This document shows positions 24,590 to 36,658 of a stretch of DNA of 64,000 nucleotides, piece by piece. The position numbers and the translations under genes are program-made. The notes under the pieces were generated by a model. That model was not told where the DNA came from. It did not search any database and saw only the letters and a list, made by a program, of their open reading frames with translations. The number at the start of each line of letters is the position of its first letter. Position 1 is the first letter of the stretch. The DNA is from Azolla caroliniana (taxonomy: Eukaryota; Plantae; Polypodiophyta), in NCBI GenBank assembly GCA_043228905.1, contig JBHGNT010000017.1, positions 15,624,001 to 15,688,000 on the forward strand, given 5' to 3'.

Positions 24590-25572
24590 ATTTATTTTTC
24601 ATTCCCAAAAAACACTACTTCGCATTAGTTAGCAAATAGAATACAACAAAGTTTACCCGGATCCACAGTTGGATCAACATATACAACTCAGAGGAACAAC
24701 TCCAAAACTATCAAACAAAAACAGCAAAAAGTCACCCGACCCTTTAACTCCAACAAAACTGAAATAAACCCCATTTTACCCTGACTCTACATCTCCCAAC
24801 TAACTCTTTTATAGCAAAGTTATCCGGGTAACATGACTATACTAACCCACTTTTGCTTCAATTATACATACATAATTACAACCCATGTACAATATTGGGA
24901 GCCATCGGCGAAAACAACCACCTAGGCGCCTGGTAATTCCACTTAGGCCTCGATGAAGATTTGACCATCATGGGAGAACCACCCCATTTTAGCAAGAACT
25001 TTGACCTTGCCCTTTCTACTTCTTCCGATTCCCCCTAAATCGAGTCATACCGACCGTGCAACCAAGCCACAAACTCAAACTAGATATTTAACATCACCTC
25101 CCCGCATGAGAGCTTTTTTTGCTGAAAAACAAACTTACAACGCATGATCCAGATGTGCCAGACCAATAAACATGCCACCATAACCCAAATCTCCTCAAAA
25201 AAATCAGAATTTGTGCCAGATCTCACCCCATCACATTGGAACACGCTACCACCCTGCACTATAAATCCATGTCCTTGTGGGTTTAATTGTTCACCCCAAT
25301 CTTTCCCCTTTTAGAGATAGTCCTTGTATGGAGCCCCACACAACGTTCCCTTTCACACCACATGCTACCACGATTCAAAGGCTTCTACCCCAAATGCTAA
25401 TCGCCTTTGTACAATTCCAAAAACAATGAGAGATTGATTCCAACACATGTCCACATAACTTACATCCAACATCACCACCACGGGAACTCAACCACTCCCA
25501 TACAGGTACCGCCTTGTGGCTAAGAAGCCACAACCAAGCCTTTATTTTTTCTAGTGTATCCAATGCCCATAG
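24590..25572 (-). mobile_element. LINE (L1-like) 3' portion, ORF2 zf-RVT region, decayed
   Basis: KIKAWLWLLSHKAVPVWEWL...CKLCGHVLESISHCFWNC zinc finger; A-rich (TAAA) 3' end near 24590 on - strand; left boundary approximate. Confidence 0.75.
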
Positions 25573-25853
25573 TGTTGGAGACGAGGTCGTCAATGCGGAA
25601 GATCAAGAAGCATTCGATTCGTGCTGAATACCTGCGTATTACAGTTTGTAGGTCGTTGCACAGAGAGAGAGAGAGAGAGAGACACAAAAGACTTTCTATT
25701 TCATAAAACAATAATACAACACCCAACCTCACAAAAAGGTTACAAGGTCACTATATATAGTGACCGACTTAGGGCAACTACCCTTTATGCTAATTACATA
25801 AATGGCCAAAACGGGATAGTGTGAATACGTCCATTATACACATGTATTCGACA
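25573..25853 (-). repeat. 3' LTR of Copia D
   Basis: TG...CA termini; direct repeat of 30741-31023. Confidence 0.97.
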
Positions 25854-26046
25854 CTCCCCCGTAATGGGCGTATACATGGGTTATCTAAGATTACAGGTAT
25901 AGACTTGGGTTCTCGGACATATCAGCTTTGTTCGAGTCGGCAGGGTCCGAAGGCAGAAGACCGAACTGGTCGGGTCGGAACAGTTGAAGCCGATCATTAA
26001 GGAACTGATGTCGGTTGTCGGGAACCATCCTGCTCTGTGTCCGGCT

Positions 26047-29000
26047 CTAACCGGACTGGTTTGTCGTTACGCCCATCTGATGCCGAAGAGACCGAAAACG
26101 GTCTGCCGAAAGACACTTGGTCATTCCATCTGCGACATTGTCGGTTGTGGATATTTTCTCTAGACCGATTTTCCCTGAAATGACGCAGTCCCGAACGAAG
26201 TGATATCGAACGTCGATATGTTTGGAGGCGTTGTGGTGAACCGGATTTTTCGACAAGGCAACAGCACCTTGACTGTCGCTGTAGACAACTGGAGCCGAGT
26301 CATGGTCGACTTGTCGAAACGTGTGCGCCAGCCGACCGAGCCACAAAGCTTCTTTTGCTGCGTCGGACGCAGCTACATATTCTGCTTCGGTCGTTGAGGT
26401 CGTTGTGCACTCCTGAAGTTTCGACTTCCACGAGATTGCTCCATTGCCGAATTTGAAGCAGTATCCGGTTGTTGATTTCCGACTGTCTATACAGCCGGCA
26501 AAGTCCGAGTCGGTGTAACCGACTACGCCTGAGGTTCGGTTCGGACCGAAAAGAATGCCGTGGTCTTTTGTGCCAGCCAGATATCTGAACACATGCTTGA
26601 CTGCGTTCCAATGCGATCGGCCAGGATTGTGCATAAATCTGCTAACGACTCCTACGGCGTGAGAGATATCAGGCCGTGTCGCGACCATCAGGTACATAAG
26701 GGAGCCGACTACCGGTGCATACGGTACCGACTTCATATCTTCCCCCTCCGGACCGGATGTCGGGCAGTCTCGCTGAGAGAGCCGAAGATTCATGGGGAGC
26801 GGGGTTGAAGCAGATTTGGCTGATTGCATGTTGAAGCGTTCTAAGACACGTCGGGTATAGTCGGTCTGAGACAAAAAAAGATGTCGTTTATCGCGATGCC
26901 GACTAATCTTCATGCCAAGGATGTGTCGTGCCGGACCGAGGTCCTTCATGGCAAACTTCAACCGCAGTTGCCGAATGAGATCGGCAAGTTCGCCCGCGTG
27001 GCGTCCAGAAATTAGCATGTCGTCCACGTAGATGATGAGGAAGATGGGTGATCCATCTTGAGCTGTGTTGGTGAAGAGACAATGGTCCTCATCGCTTTTT
27101 GAGAAGCCGATCGATTGGATGAAGTCGTCGAACTTCTTGTACCATTGTCGTGGTGCCTGTTTGAGACCGTATAGACTCTTCCTGAGTCGGCAGACTAGAT
27201 GTTCTTGGCCAGTCGCCACGAAGCCTTTTGGCTGCTCCATATAAATTTCCTCGTCAAGATCACCATGGAGGAAGGCTGTTTTGACATCTAGCTGAATCAG
27301 CTCCAAGTTGTCGGCTGCCACTACGCCGAGTAGGAAACGAAGGGTTGTCATTTTCACCACTGGTGAAAAAATCTCGTCGAAGTCGACGCCGTATTCTTGT
27401 CGGAAGCCCTTCGCAACTAGTCTGGCCTTGTACTTTGGGGTGGTCGAATCAGACGTCTCTTTTAGTCGATAGACCCACTTGCAAGGAAGAGCACGTCGGT
27501 TCCTAGGTAATTCGACCAGATCCCAAGTCTTGTTTGCCCGAATGGAGTGCATTTCCGACTCCATCGCCAGATGCCAGGTGGCTGAATCGACAGAAGTCGA
27601 TGCTTCTTCGTAAGACGTCGGTTCGCCGGCGTCGGTGAAGAAAATTCCAGGAGAATACCTCTCCGGAGGTTGCGACAGTCTCTCGGATCGTCGAGGCATG
27701 ATTTGACTGGTCGCATCGGGTATCGTGGTCGGATGGTCCGAAAGCGGATTGTTCTGCTGTGCCGAGTCGGGGTTGTCCGAGTCGGTAGTGTACGGTTCAG
27801 CTACCCGTGAAGCTGACCGTGTGTTGAGAGCGGGGCTTGCTTGAAGGGTCGGCACATCGGAAAATGTTACCCTTCGGACTTCGGTCGGTTTTTCGACTGA
27901 TGGATTCATAGCCGACTCGTTGAACACAACGTCCGAACTTCGAACGATTTGTCTGCGTTCGGGGTCCCAGAGTCGGTATCCCATTTCGCCATCGGATCCA
28001 TATCCAAGGAAAATGCATTTCCTGGACCGAGGTGCAAGTTTTCGGCGATCATCTTTCGGAATAAGGGCGTACGCCTCGCATCCGAAGATCCTCAGCTTGT
28101 CGTAATTCGGCTTACTGCCGATCCATAGTTCCTGAGGAATTTGAAGTCCTAGAGGTCTACTTGGCGACATATTGATTATGTGTGCTGCCGTGAGTAGAGC
28201 CTCTGCCCAGAAGCCATCCGATAGTCCGGAGTGTTGGAGCATGGAAACTATCCGTTCTTGGATTGTCCGATTCATGCGTTCGGCAATCCCGTTTTGCTCC
28301 GGACTGTGTGGTGCCGTAAATTCACGTCGAATGCCGCGTTGTCGGCAGAATTTGACGAATTCTTCGGATTTAAACTCTCCCCCATTGTCAGTCCGAAAGC
28401 ATTTCAGCTTTCGGTCGGTTTGATTTTCTACCATAGCGAGCCAATCGGTGAAGATCGAGAAGACCCGATCTTTGGTGCGAATTGGATAAGCCCACACCTT
28501 TCGAGTCGAATCGTCGATAAAAGTGACAAAGTAAGAGGCACCGCCGAGAGACTGATGCGGCATTGGGCCACAGACGTCCGAGTGGACCAAATCAAGAGGT
28601 CTCGTTTCTCTTGGTGCTGATGTTGGGTGTGATGCGGCTGCTTGTTTGCCATACTGGCAATGCTCGCAGAATTGATGGTCGGAGAAGGAGAGTTTAGGGA
28701 TGTATCCGGCTCTAGATAGATGCGTAATGCCGGCCTTGCTGAGGTGTCCTAATCTGCGGTGCCATAGTGATGACACAGGAATATCCACCAAAAACAGGTT
28801 ACCCTCTCTGAGCGTAACATGTAACGGATAGAGTGAGTGTATCTTAGGTCCTCTAGCAAGCAGGAGGTTCCCCCTGTGGAGTGTCCACCCTCCCGAAGAA
28901 AAACCGGCACGAATGCCGTCTTCATCTAGTTGTCCGACTGAGATCAATGGCCTTGAGAGCTCGGGTACATGTCGGACATTGTGGAGTACAAGTGTAGAGC

Positions 29001-30063
29001 CACCTGCAAGGTTGAGCTCTACTGTGCCGATTCCGATGATGTCACAGTGTTGTGAGTTGCCGACCCGAACTGAGTCGGAGTGACGGATCGTATATTGCCG
29101 AGATTGGGATCGATGAGGAGTCACGTGAAATGACGCACCCGAATCTAAGAGCCATGTGCTCGATTCTTCAGTCGTGAGTAGAACTTCTGATCCGACTGGA
29201 TTTTCGATTGATAGTATATTCGGGTCGTCTGGTAGCACATCAGCTGAGAAGCTGACGTAATTGATCTCCTCATGCCGGCCACTCTTCTTGTTGTTCTTGT
29301 TCTTGAGTGCGCGGCAGTCGGCTTTGATGTGTCCGGGTTTCTTGCAATAGTTGCAGATTCGGTTATCCCGTGACTGGCTCCGTCTTCGCTGATTGTTCGG
29401 CGGCCGTGAGGAATCTCTTCCTCGTATGTTCGATCGGTCTGTCGAACCTTGTACTACATAAGCGTCGTCTGTTGAGTCTTTGGCGAAAGACTTTCTCCGA
29501 GCTGCTTCGGTCAGGATTGCGCTCGTGACTTCGGAGTATTTAACAGCCGTGGTTGACGCGTTGCACACGGTTGTGACGAAAGTTTCCCATGATGAGGGAA
29601 GGCTGCTCATGAGTATCATTGCTCTGAGTTCATCCTCGATTGCCGTCCCCTGTGACGAGATTTGGGAGCTTATGCTTTCGTACTCATTGAGGCGTGCTTG
29701 AACCGAATCGGATTCTTTCATCCGCAAGTTGTAGAGGCGCCGGATCAGAAACATCTTCGTTGCGGCGACCTTCTTTTCGTAAGTGTCCGACAGTGTTTTC
29801 CACAGTTCGAATGCTGTCGTACACGATTGCACCGTAAAGTATACCGATTCCGATAGGTGCATCCGAATTGTGGCGTGGACGATTCTGTCCAGCTTCTGCC
29901 ACTCAATTGGTTTGTATCCTTCTGGAGGTTCTTCATTTTCGATGGGATCGATTTGCCCCTTGACTATGAGATAGTCCTGCATTTGCTCCTTCCAGAAGTT
30001 GAAGTTCGATCCATCGAACTTTCGTAGACTCATTTCTGACGAGCCGGATGTTGATGCCATCAA
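26047..30063 (-). CDS. Copia gag-pol polyprotein (Gag, zinc knuckle, PR, INT, RT, RNase H), 1338 aa, intact
   Basis: CNYCKKPGHIKADC, WLLDSGAS, HSDVCGP...TDNGGEF...NGIAER, IYVDDM, YTDSDFAG; no stops. Confidence 0.97.
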   Translation of the reverse strand: MMASTSGSSEMSLRKFDGSNFNFWKEQMQDYLIVKGQIDPIENEEPPEGYKPIEWQKLDRIVHATIRMHLSESVYFTVQSCTTAFELWKTLSDTYEKKVAATKMFLIRRLYNLRMKESDSVQARLNEYESISSQISSQGTAIEDELRAMILMSSLPSSWETFVTTVCNASTTAVKYSEVTSAILTEAARRKSFAKDSTDDAYVVQGSTDRSNIRGRDSSRPPNNQRRRSQSRDNRICNYCKKPGHIKADCRALKNKNNKKSGRHEEINYVSFSADVLPDDPNILSIENPVGSEVLLTTEESSTWLLDSGASFHVTPHRSQSRQYTIRHSDSVRVGNSQHCDIIGIGTVELNLAGGSTLVLHNVRHVPELSRPLISVGQLDEDGIRAGFSSGGWTLHRGNLLLARGPKIHSLYPLHVTLREGNLFLVDIPVSSLWHRRLGHLSKAGITHLSRAGYIPKLSFSDHQFCEHCQYGKQAAASHPTSAPRETRPLDLVHSDVCGPMPHQSLGGASYFVTFIDDSTRKVWAYPIRTKDRVFSIFTDWLAMVENQTDRKLKCFRTDNGGEFKSEEFVKFCRQRGIRREFTAPHSPEQNGIAERMNRTIQERIVSMLQHSGLSDGFWAEALLTAAHIINMSPSRPLGLQIPQELWIGSKPNYDKLRIFGCEAYALIPKDDRRKLAPRSRKCIFLGYGSDGEMGYRLWDPERRQIVRSSDVVFNESAMNPSVEKPTEVRRVTFSDVPTLQASPALNTRSASRVAEPYTTDSDNPDSAQQNNPLSDHPTTIPDATSQIMPRRSERLSQPPERYSPGIFFTDAGEPTSYEEASTSVDSATWHLAMESEMHSIRANKTWDLVELPRNRRALPCKWVYRLKETSDSTTPKYKARLVAKGFRQEYGVDFDEIFSPVVKMTTLRFLLGVVAADNLELIQLDVKTAFLHGDLDEEIYMEQPKGFVATGQEHLVCRLRKSLYGLKQAPRQWYKKFDDFIQSIGFSKSDEDHCLFTNTAQDGSPIFLIIYVDDMLISGRHAGELADLIRQLRLKFAMKDLGPARHILGMKISRHRDKRHLFLSQTDYTRRVLERFNMQSAKSASTPLPMNLRLSQRDCPTSGPEGEDMKSVPYAPVVGSLMYLMVATRPDISHAVGVVSRFMHNPGRSHWNAVKHVFRYLAGTKDHGILFGPNRTSGVVGYTDSDFAGCIDSRKSTTGYCFKFGNGAISWKSKLQECTTTSTTEAEYVAASDAAKEALWLGRLAHTFRQVDHDSAPVVYSDSQGAVALSKNPVHHNASKHIDVRYHFVRDCVISGKIGLEKISTTDNVADGMTKCLSADRFRSLRHQMGVTTNQSG

Positions 30064-30740
30064 ATTCGGTTTCGGTTGACGAAGCTCGGTTCGGAGTTGA
30101 CTACGAACCTTGTTGGAGTGCAGCCGGTTGGCTCACCCGATATCGTTCTAGTCGGATTTGAACCCGAGTCGGTTCGGCTTCGGAACTTGCTCGAATTGAC
30201 TCCGGTAACTTGAGGGACAGAACCGACTGGTCTTCCCGAATGTTGCCGAGTCGGAGTGAGCCCGGTTCGCTTCGGATATATATGCCGAATACCGATTATT
30301 GAAACCGATTATCTGGACCGATTCGGCTTCGGGTGACTGCAGCGACGAGAGAGATGGATCCAACTGATCCTCTCGAATGTCGATCAGCCGGATGAAGCAC
30401 GAATTGGGGTTGTTGTCTTGAGACCGATCTGCATCGAGTGGTTACAACGAGCGGCGAGCAGCGTTTAATGACCTTTTCGGATGCCGTTTAACCGAGTGGA
30501 GCACGATCGTGTCAAAGTTGCACAAGGGGATTTCACCTCGAGCGGTTACGATCACAGGGAACGGAGTACAACCTGCTGGCTTACTCCAAGCAAAGATGAT
30601 CTAACGCGATGAGATGCAAACCTGGTTTTTTTTTTTTTTTTTTTCTTCTCTCTTCTTCGAATGACGCAGGAAACCGAATGCTGAGACGACGGCCGACAGC
30701 GGATTGAAGGACCGACTACTGTGCAGGCTCTGATACCAGA

Positions 30741-31023
30741 TGTTGGAGACGAGGTCGTCAATGCGGAAGATCAAGAAGCATTCGATTCGTGCTGAATACC
30801 TGCGTATTACAGTTTGTAGGTCGTTGCACAGAGAGAGAGAGAGAGAGACACACACAAAAGACTTTCTATTTCATAAAACAATAATACAACACCCAACCTC
30901 ACAAAAAGGTTACAAGGTCACTATATATAGTGACCGACTTAGGGCAACTACCCTTTATGCTAATTACATAAATGGCCAAAACGGGATAGTGTGAATACGT
31001 CCATTATACACATGTATTCGACA
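30741..31023 (-). repeat. 5' LTR of Copia D
   Basis: Direct repeat of 25573-25853; followed by Met-i PBS. Confidence 0.97.
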
Positions 31024-31390
31024 CATAGTCTCTTCCAAAATGACTGCAGATTGTCATTTGAAATGCCTTTATCCTTCCAACTATTGCAAATCATTACAAC
31101 ACCCACCATTTTGGAGCCAATGATTCGTCTTCCTAGCTTAATATTGTACTCAAAAAACTTTTTCAAGTTGTTTGTTCCTAGTGTCTACCACCATACCTCC
31201 AATGGATCCCACTCTAAATCATATAAGGGCTTGTTGTCGAAAAGCCATATTTTACAATCCTAATCATGTGTCTTAGGGTCTAGGTTCAATTGCCACCTCC
31301 TACCCTCCAATACTACCACCCACACTGCCAACCACCTACCATCATTTTTAACCCCTTAGATGTGGAAACAAAATCTATAAAGTCATTTCT
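31024..31390 (-). mobile_element. Upstream continuation of the LINE interrupted by Copia D (5'-truncated)
   Basis: Frame ...NLQSFWKRL joins WALDTLEKIKAWLW across the CATAG TSD; right boundary approximate. Confidence 0.65.
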
Positions 31391-34300
31391 AAGAGCAAGT
31401 CACTAGTGGGCATGATTGTGCTTTATAATGTACTCAACATACACGTTGTTTATATTTAATGCAACTCGCAATGTTGTTTGCCTTAACATTGCCTTATGGA
31501 ACACAATGGTATCTATGTTGTTGAAACAGAATTTGTAAAGTTGTTTTTTGGAGCAAAGTGTTGAGTAGAAAATGATTCCAAAAATTCAGTTTCCATAACA
31601 ACTTTTTAGGAGAAATATATATTGTATATAGTGGTTGTGGAAAATGAGTTTGCAATCGTTACTCGGGGGAAATGTGAAATTGTTTCATGTAGTGGTCTCA
31701 AAGTCAAAATATGAAAGCACTTAACACTTAATCTCGTTCCTTCATATTCAAACCCATGACTAGAAGACCATGCAACATGAGATTTACCACCAAAGTGTGA
31801 CATTGTACACCTAACCAATCACATTCTAGACCTAATATTGTTAGTAAAATATGTCATGATACAAAATAAATTGTTAAAAAATGGTCGTAATGTCTATATT
31901 TCAATTTACAAATCTCAATGAAATGAGGTCATGCATCTATACAAAAAAAAATGACTGATGAGGAATATTTGCACATTAAGCATTAGGACTCAATGTCGTG
32001 TTCTCTAAGCATTCCTTTTAGAAATTTGTGGGCTCTTGGTCTCGCAATATTCTGACTTTACACTAGAAGGATACGATTGTTTTGTCTTTGAATTTATTGT
32101 TGGTCGGTTGTAAACATTTGTTTCATATAGTGCATAACATTATCTAATAAATGGTTTCCAATATACCATAATTGTCTATATTTGCGGCCTTTGACACAAT
32201 TGGTTGATGTGCTATTTTGTATTCCCGTATAATATATCAAGAATCAATGCCTTGGGAAAAAGAAAAAATTCTCTTCTTACATGGGCCCACCTAAAGTTTA
32301 GTAACCACACTCTTGGAGCTTGCGAAATCATACAATTTTTCTCACCGTTCTTAATTTTTTCATCCTCCATCTATTAGAAGATAGAGGTGTTTATCATGTA
32401 CAAACATGCCGTTTTAAAGGATCAGCAAATGAAGATGAATAATTTGTGCGTGTATTGTACATGAAGGTCTTAAATGCATTTCAATGTTCTATATTGGGAT
32501 CCTTTATTTCCTTTACATTGAATCACTAGAACCTAATATGATGCATATCTATGATATATCCAAGGATCCAATAGTTGGTGCTCATCAACTCATTTGACTA
32601 GATGGTTGATATTTAGGAATGGGAAACACAACACATATAAATAGCCCCATACAACCTTTATCATTTAGTGTACATTTCGATTGCTTATATAACAACAATG
32701 TGCACATAAACACACACCAGAGTTATTTGGTTCTCATTAAGTTCTTTTCTATTCCCTACAAATAACTCATTTGCTAATTGTAATTCCTCATATTTTTTCA
32801 ATAAAAGTAAGAAATACTAGATTGTTGTGGCCTTTATGAAGAACTCGGACACCCCAAACTCAAATTTGAGATCACAGAGACATAAGGGCACTATATTCAA
32901 AATAGAGGATCTCACACCCACAATCTCTCCCTTAATAAATGAATTGTCTCTAAGTGTACCAACTAAGTACAATTAGTTTAAACTAAACTTTTCTCTTTCT
33001 CGGCATAATTCGGATTAAATAGCCTATGAGTGAACTAGTTGTGTGTTTGTGTGTGTAAGCTCTAGCTCCTTTGCACCCTACAAATACATTGAATGAGACT
33101 TGGTTTTTAGAATCATTAATAGCACATCTTCACTATTTCATTTGTAAGATTAGGTCATGAACATATACCCATTATTTTATAATGGATGACAACTATTTAT
33201 TTTCATAATTTCTCATGCTTCATAGTTAATACTAACCTAAGGATGCATAGAAAAGTTTATTTTGTTCGATTTAGATCGCATAACAATGATGTGAAATGCT
33301 TGGAACAACTTAAAATCATGTGTATCGAGACACTATCATCATATATGACCATAATGTGTATGGATATAAGTTTTGTAACAATAAAAGGAATTGTCTTAAG
33401 TCAAGGAAAGGAATTGGAAGATTAACATAGCCTAAAAATAAGAAGATCCCACCTATGAAATGGAATAAAGAAGTCCATAAATTTGGGTATCTTCTAAGTC
33501 ATTTTTTATAGCATTGTCTTTTTTCACGGATATGTAAACATCCCCTTTTTAAACACAAAGAGATTCAATGCATCCCCTTCTTTGGACAATGGGTTGGACA
33601 AACTACATGCTACTATAAGAAAAACCCAAGTTGAAGGTATTTCTGGTGCATAATCCACATTCGGGATAAAGAGACATGGAGGTTTTCCATGAAAGGTTCT
33701 TCCTTACCCATAACCTTATCCAAGAGTTCCTTACTTCATAATCAATTCCCTCATCACTTAGTAATTGAAGGTCCTTTTATGAGACTTTTCCTCTGATCTC
33801 TCGTATTCCAAATACTATTGTATGCATAGTTTAATGAATTTCTTGAGGTATTCCACTAGCTATCTATATACACTAGTGTAATAGGAGTTAGCTCAATTAT
33901 GTTAGACGCACAAGATTGCTAAGACGAGCATATATTTTGTTTAGGATTAAGTGAGACAATGGATGTATTTAATCTATGCTTAGCATTTGAGAATATATAC
34001 AAGTTTAAAGAATTTACAAGAAGATCTATGGATAATTAACAACCTTTCTCATGTTGGATGGCAAGCACCAAGGATTGTTCTAATTGTCACCTCCTAAAAA
34101 GTGTGTGATTAATGGGGCCCTCCAAGGAGTTCCCAAAGAAGTTGCCGAATTCATAAGTTTTGAGTGACTAAAGTGTATGTCATTCAAGTTGGGGTGGCTT
34201 CTTGGATGTGGTGCTAACCTTTCCACTAAGTCAACAAAGCCAAAAGGTCGAATTACACCTTGCAACAACACATCTAGACCATTATCTCGGCTCGAAAAAC

Positions 34301-35519
34301 AAAACAAAAGGGTTCCTTCATGAGTTAGGATGTACATTATGAAAGTGTCCATTTTGTGCAAATCATTGTTAAATTCTAGTATCATGGTAATGTAAAAAGT
34401 TAACATTTTGCTTCCCTACCCACACACGGACACATGCAATCCCATTTTTCAAGATATTATTGCAATGATAATGTTTTGCAAGCATAATCATATGCAAGTA
34501 GATGCATCTAGTGTGTATTTTCTTATTCTCGTGTGCTTTTACCAACCACCAATTTCCATGTTCATGAATTAGAATCAACATAAAAGTTGAATTATTTAAG
34601 CACACTCAATTGTGCTTACGATATTTTCATTGCATGAATCTCTCTCTACACACATGTGCACTAAGCTTAATTTTGCCAAATCTCAAGCATTCTGAAACAT
34701 CAATACTTTTGTGGCATATGAGTGACTCTCTTCACGGGATATGGTTTCTAGAAGCCTTCATTAGAGTGGATGTGGATGAGGAAAATCATAGAGTCCAATA
34801 GAAGGGTTTCTAGAGTTTGATTCCAAAATTCCAAGAACAACTATTTAAAGTGCCTAATTGCAAAGATCATAGACAAAAGAATTTGGAACTTCGTTTCAAA
34901 TTAGTTAAAGCTAATGGTTGTGTAGAGGGCTATGTACTATTTATAAGTTTGATGATTAAAGAGCTTGGTGGAAGATGATATCATTGACGCAAATTTAGAA
35001 AGTTTGGTTTATGGAGCAACGTCGAATGTCTGAAACTGTGGTAGAGTTCTTTCAGTTGTCCTTGCATGGACGGAAAGATGTCCATTCACTGGTTTTCTTG
35101 TAGTGTTCACCCGTCCATCTGTCCATTTGACCGTTCCCATGCATGTGTGAACTTGAGCTAAACCATCCTTCAATCTTATATATATACATATATCCTAACT
35201 TTGATGTACTCCCACCAGTGAGCTTCCTAGATCACGACATCGAGCTAGGTTTAATTGATAAGGTTCGGGACAAGAGGACGTATAAGGGTGTCTTCATTTA
35301 ATTTCCTCACAACGAAAACTACTTCTCTAGTACAATTATCAGGAAAACATTAACACGCAACACGTCTTCAACAAGAAAACTTGTTTACATGAATTAGAAA
35401 GGTGACATTAGAAGGGGGGACTACACTTTTGAGCTCATGAGTTCCACGAGCAAAAGGCCCATTAGGACTTGAGTTAGGTACATTGAATGGGGGCACATGT
35501 TGGGTATGGATTGGAGGAG

Positions 35520-35915
35520 GGATGAGACCGGATGGACTGAACAGATGGGTGGGCAGACAGGGCTGGAGGGACTAAAGAAAGGATGGGCGAGTTGGCAAAC
35601 AAGACCAGATGGACTGAATGGATGGGTAGGTGGACGGAACCGGGTGGACAGATAGGATTGAATGAACCAAATGGATGGGACCGAATGGACTAGATGGATG
35701 GGCAAACGGAGGGACTTGATGGACCAGACAGATGGGCAGGTAGACGAGACCTGATGGGCAGGCGAACATGACTTGATGGACCAGACGGATGGACGGGCAG
35801 ACAAGACCGAATGGACCGGACGGATGGGCAGGCGGATTGGACCGAATGGACTAGACGGGACCGAATGGACCGGATGGGCGGGCGGGTGGACATCTTCCGG
35901 TCCGAGGCCGACCAT
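35520..35915. repeat. Array of short degenerate GGATGG/GGACCGAATGGA motifs
   Basis: Dozens of 8-13 nt variants (ATGGACCGG, GGATGGGC, GACCGAATGGAC) in a purine-rich strand. Confidence 0.8.
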
Positions 35916-35969
35916 CCAAAAGGCCATGGAGCTTCTTCGGAAGTCCCTTATGTCCCACAAGCAAGAAAA

Positions 35970-35974
35970 AAGAA

Positions 35975-36009
<35 letters not shown>

Positions 36010-36028
36010 AGAAGAAGAAGAAGAAGAA
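35970..36028 (+). repeat. (GAA)n microsatellite upstream of the DGK gene
   Basis: About 19 near-perfect GAA units. Confidence 0.95.
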
Positions 36029-36658
36029 GGAGCCATCAGAAAAGAGGGAGAATCAAAACATAATAGTAGAGCCCTGTTGTTGCTCTCTTCTGCATTCTCT
36101 CTTTTTGTTTTGTTTTTTTTTGCTTCTAGATTTCGCAAGTACACCGCTGCATTTTCGCCTTAAATATCTCTCTCTCTCTTCTCCCCTCCCCGCTCTGTAT
36201 ATAATATCATTCATCCATGTTCTGCCAGGGTATGTGAAGTTCTCCACCGATCGGTCCACTGCTTCCAGCGAGAAGCTTTTCTTTCTTTGTTTGCGTAATG
36301 ATCTTTTGATGGGTTCTTTTGTATGCTTCCATATCTGTAGAGTTTCCGTTCCCGATTTGTTTCATTGATTCAAGAAGCTTCTTTACGCTATGATCTTTTG
36401 ATGGGTCGCTTATATTAACCAGTAAATTCGCAAAACTAAGCAGAACAGAGCAAGAACAGGAAAAAAATAAAATCACTGTTATATCAATCGAGGAATTCCA
36501 TTGATTCATCACTTCTAGAACCTCTTTACATCCGAGGTTTGATGGGTTTTACATGTAATTGTTAGGATCTCAGGATTAAGCACAACAGAGCAGAATAGAT
36601 CCAAACAGAGCAAAAACAGTCATTTTATCATAACTATTTTCACCCCTTCGCCTTTTTA

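Larger units (their letters stand above)
25573..31023 (-). mobile_element. Intact, very young Ty1/Copia LTR retrotransposon (element D, Tnt1/Tork-like)
   Basis: LTRs 25573-25853 and 30741-31023 differ only in a GA/CA microsatellite; perfect TSD CATAG; PBS TGGTATCAGAGCC (30738-30726); PPT next to 25854; uninterrupted ORF. Confidence 0.98.

Noticed and set aside
35421-36368. ORFs of 96-185 aa with poly-K/R/S or PSGP repeats
   Set aside because: Translations of the GGATGG array and the (GAA)n microsatellite
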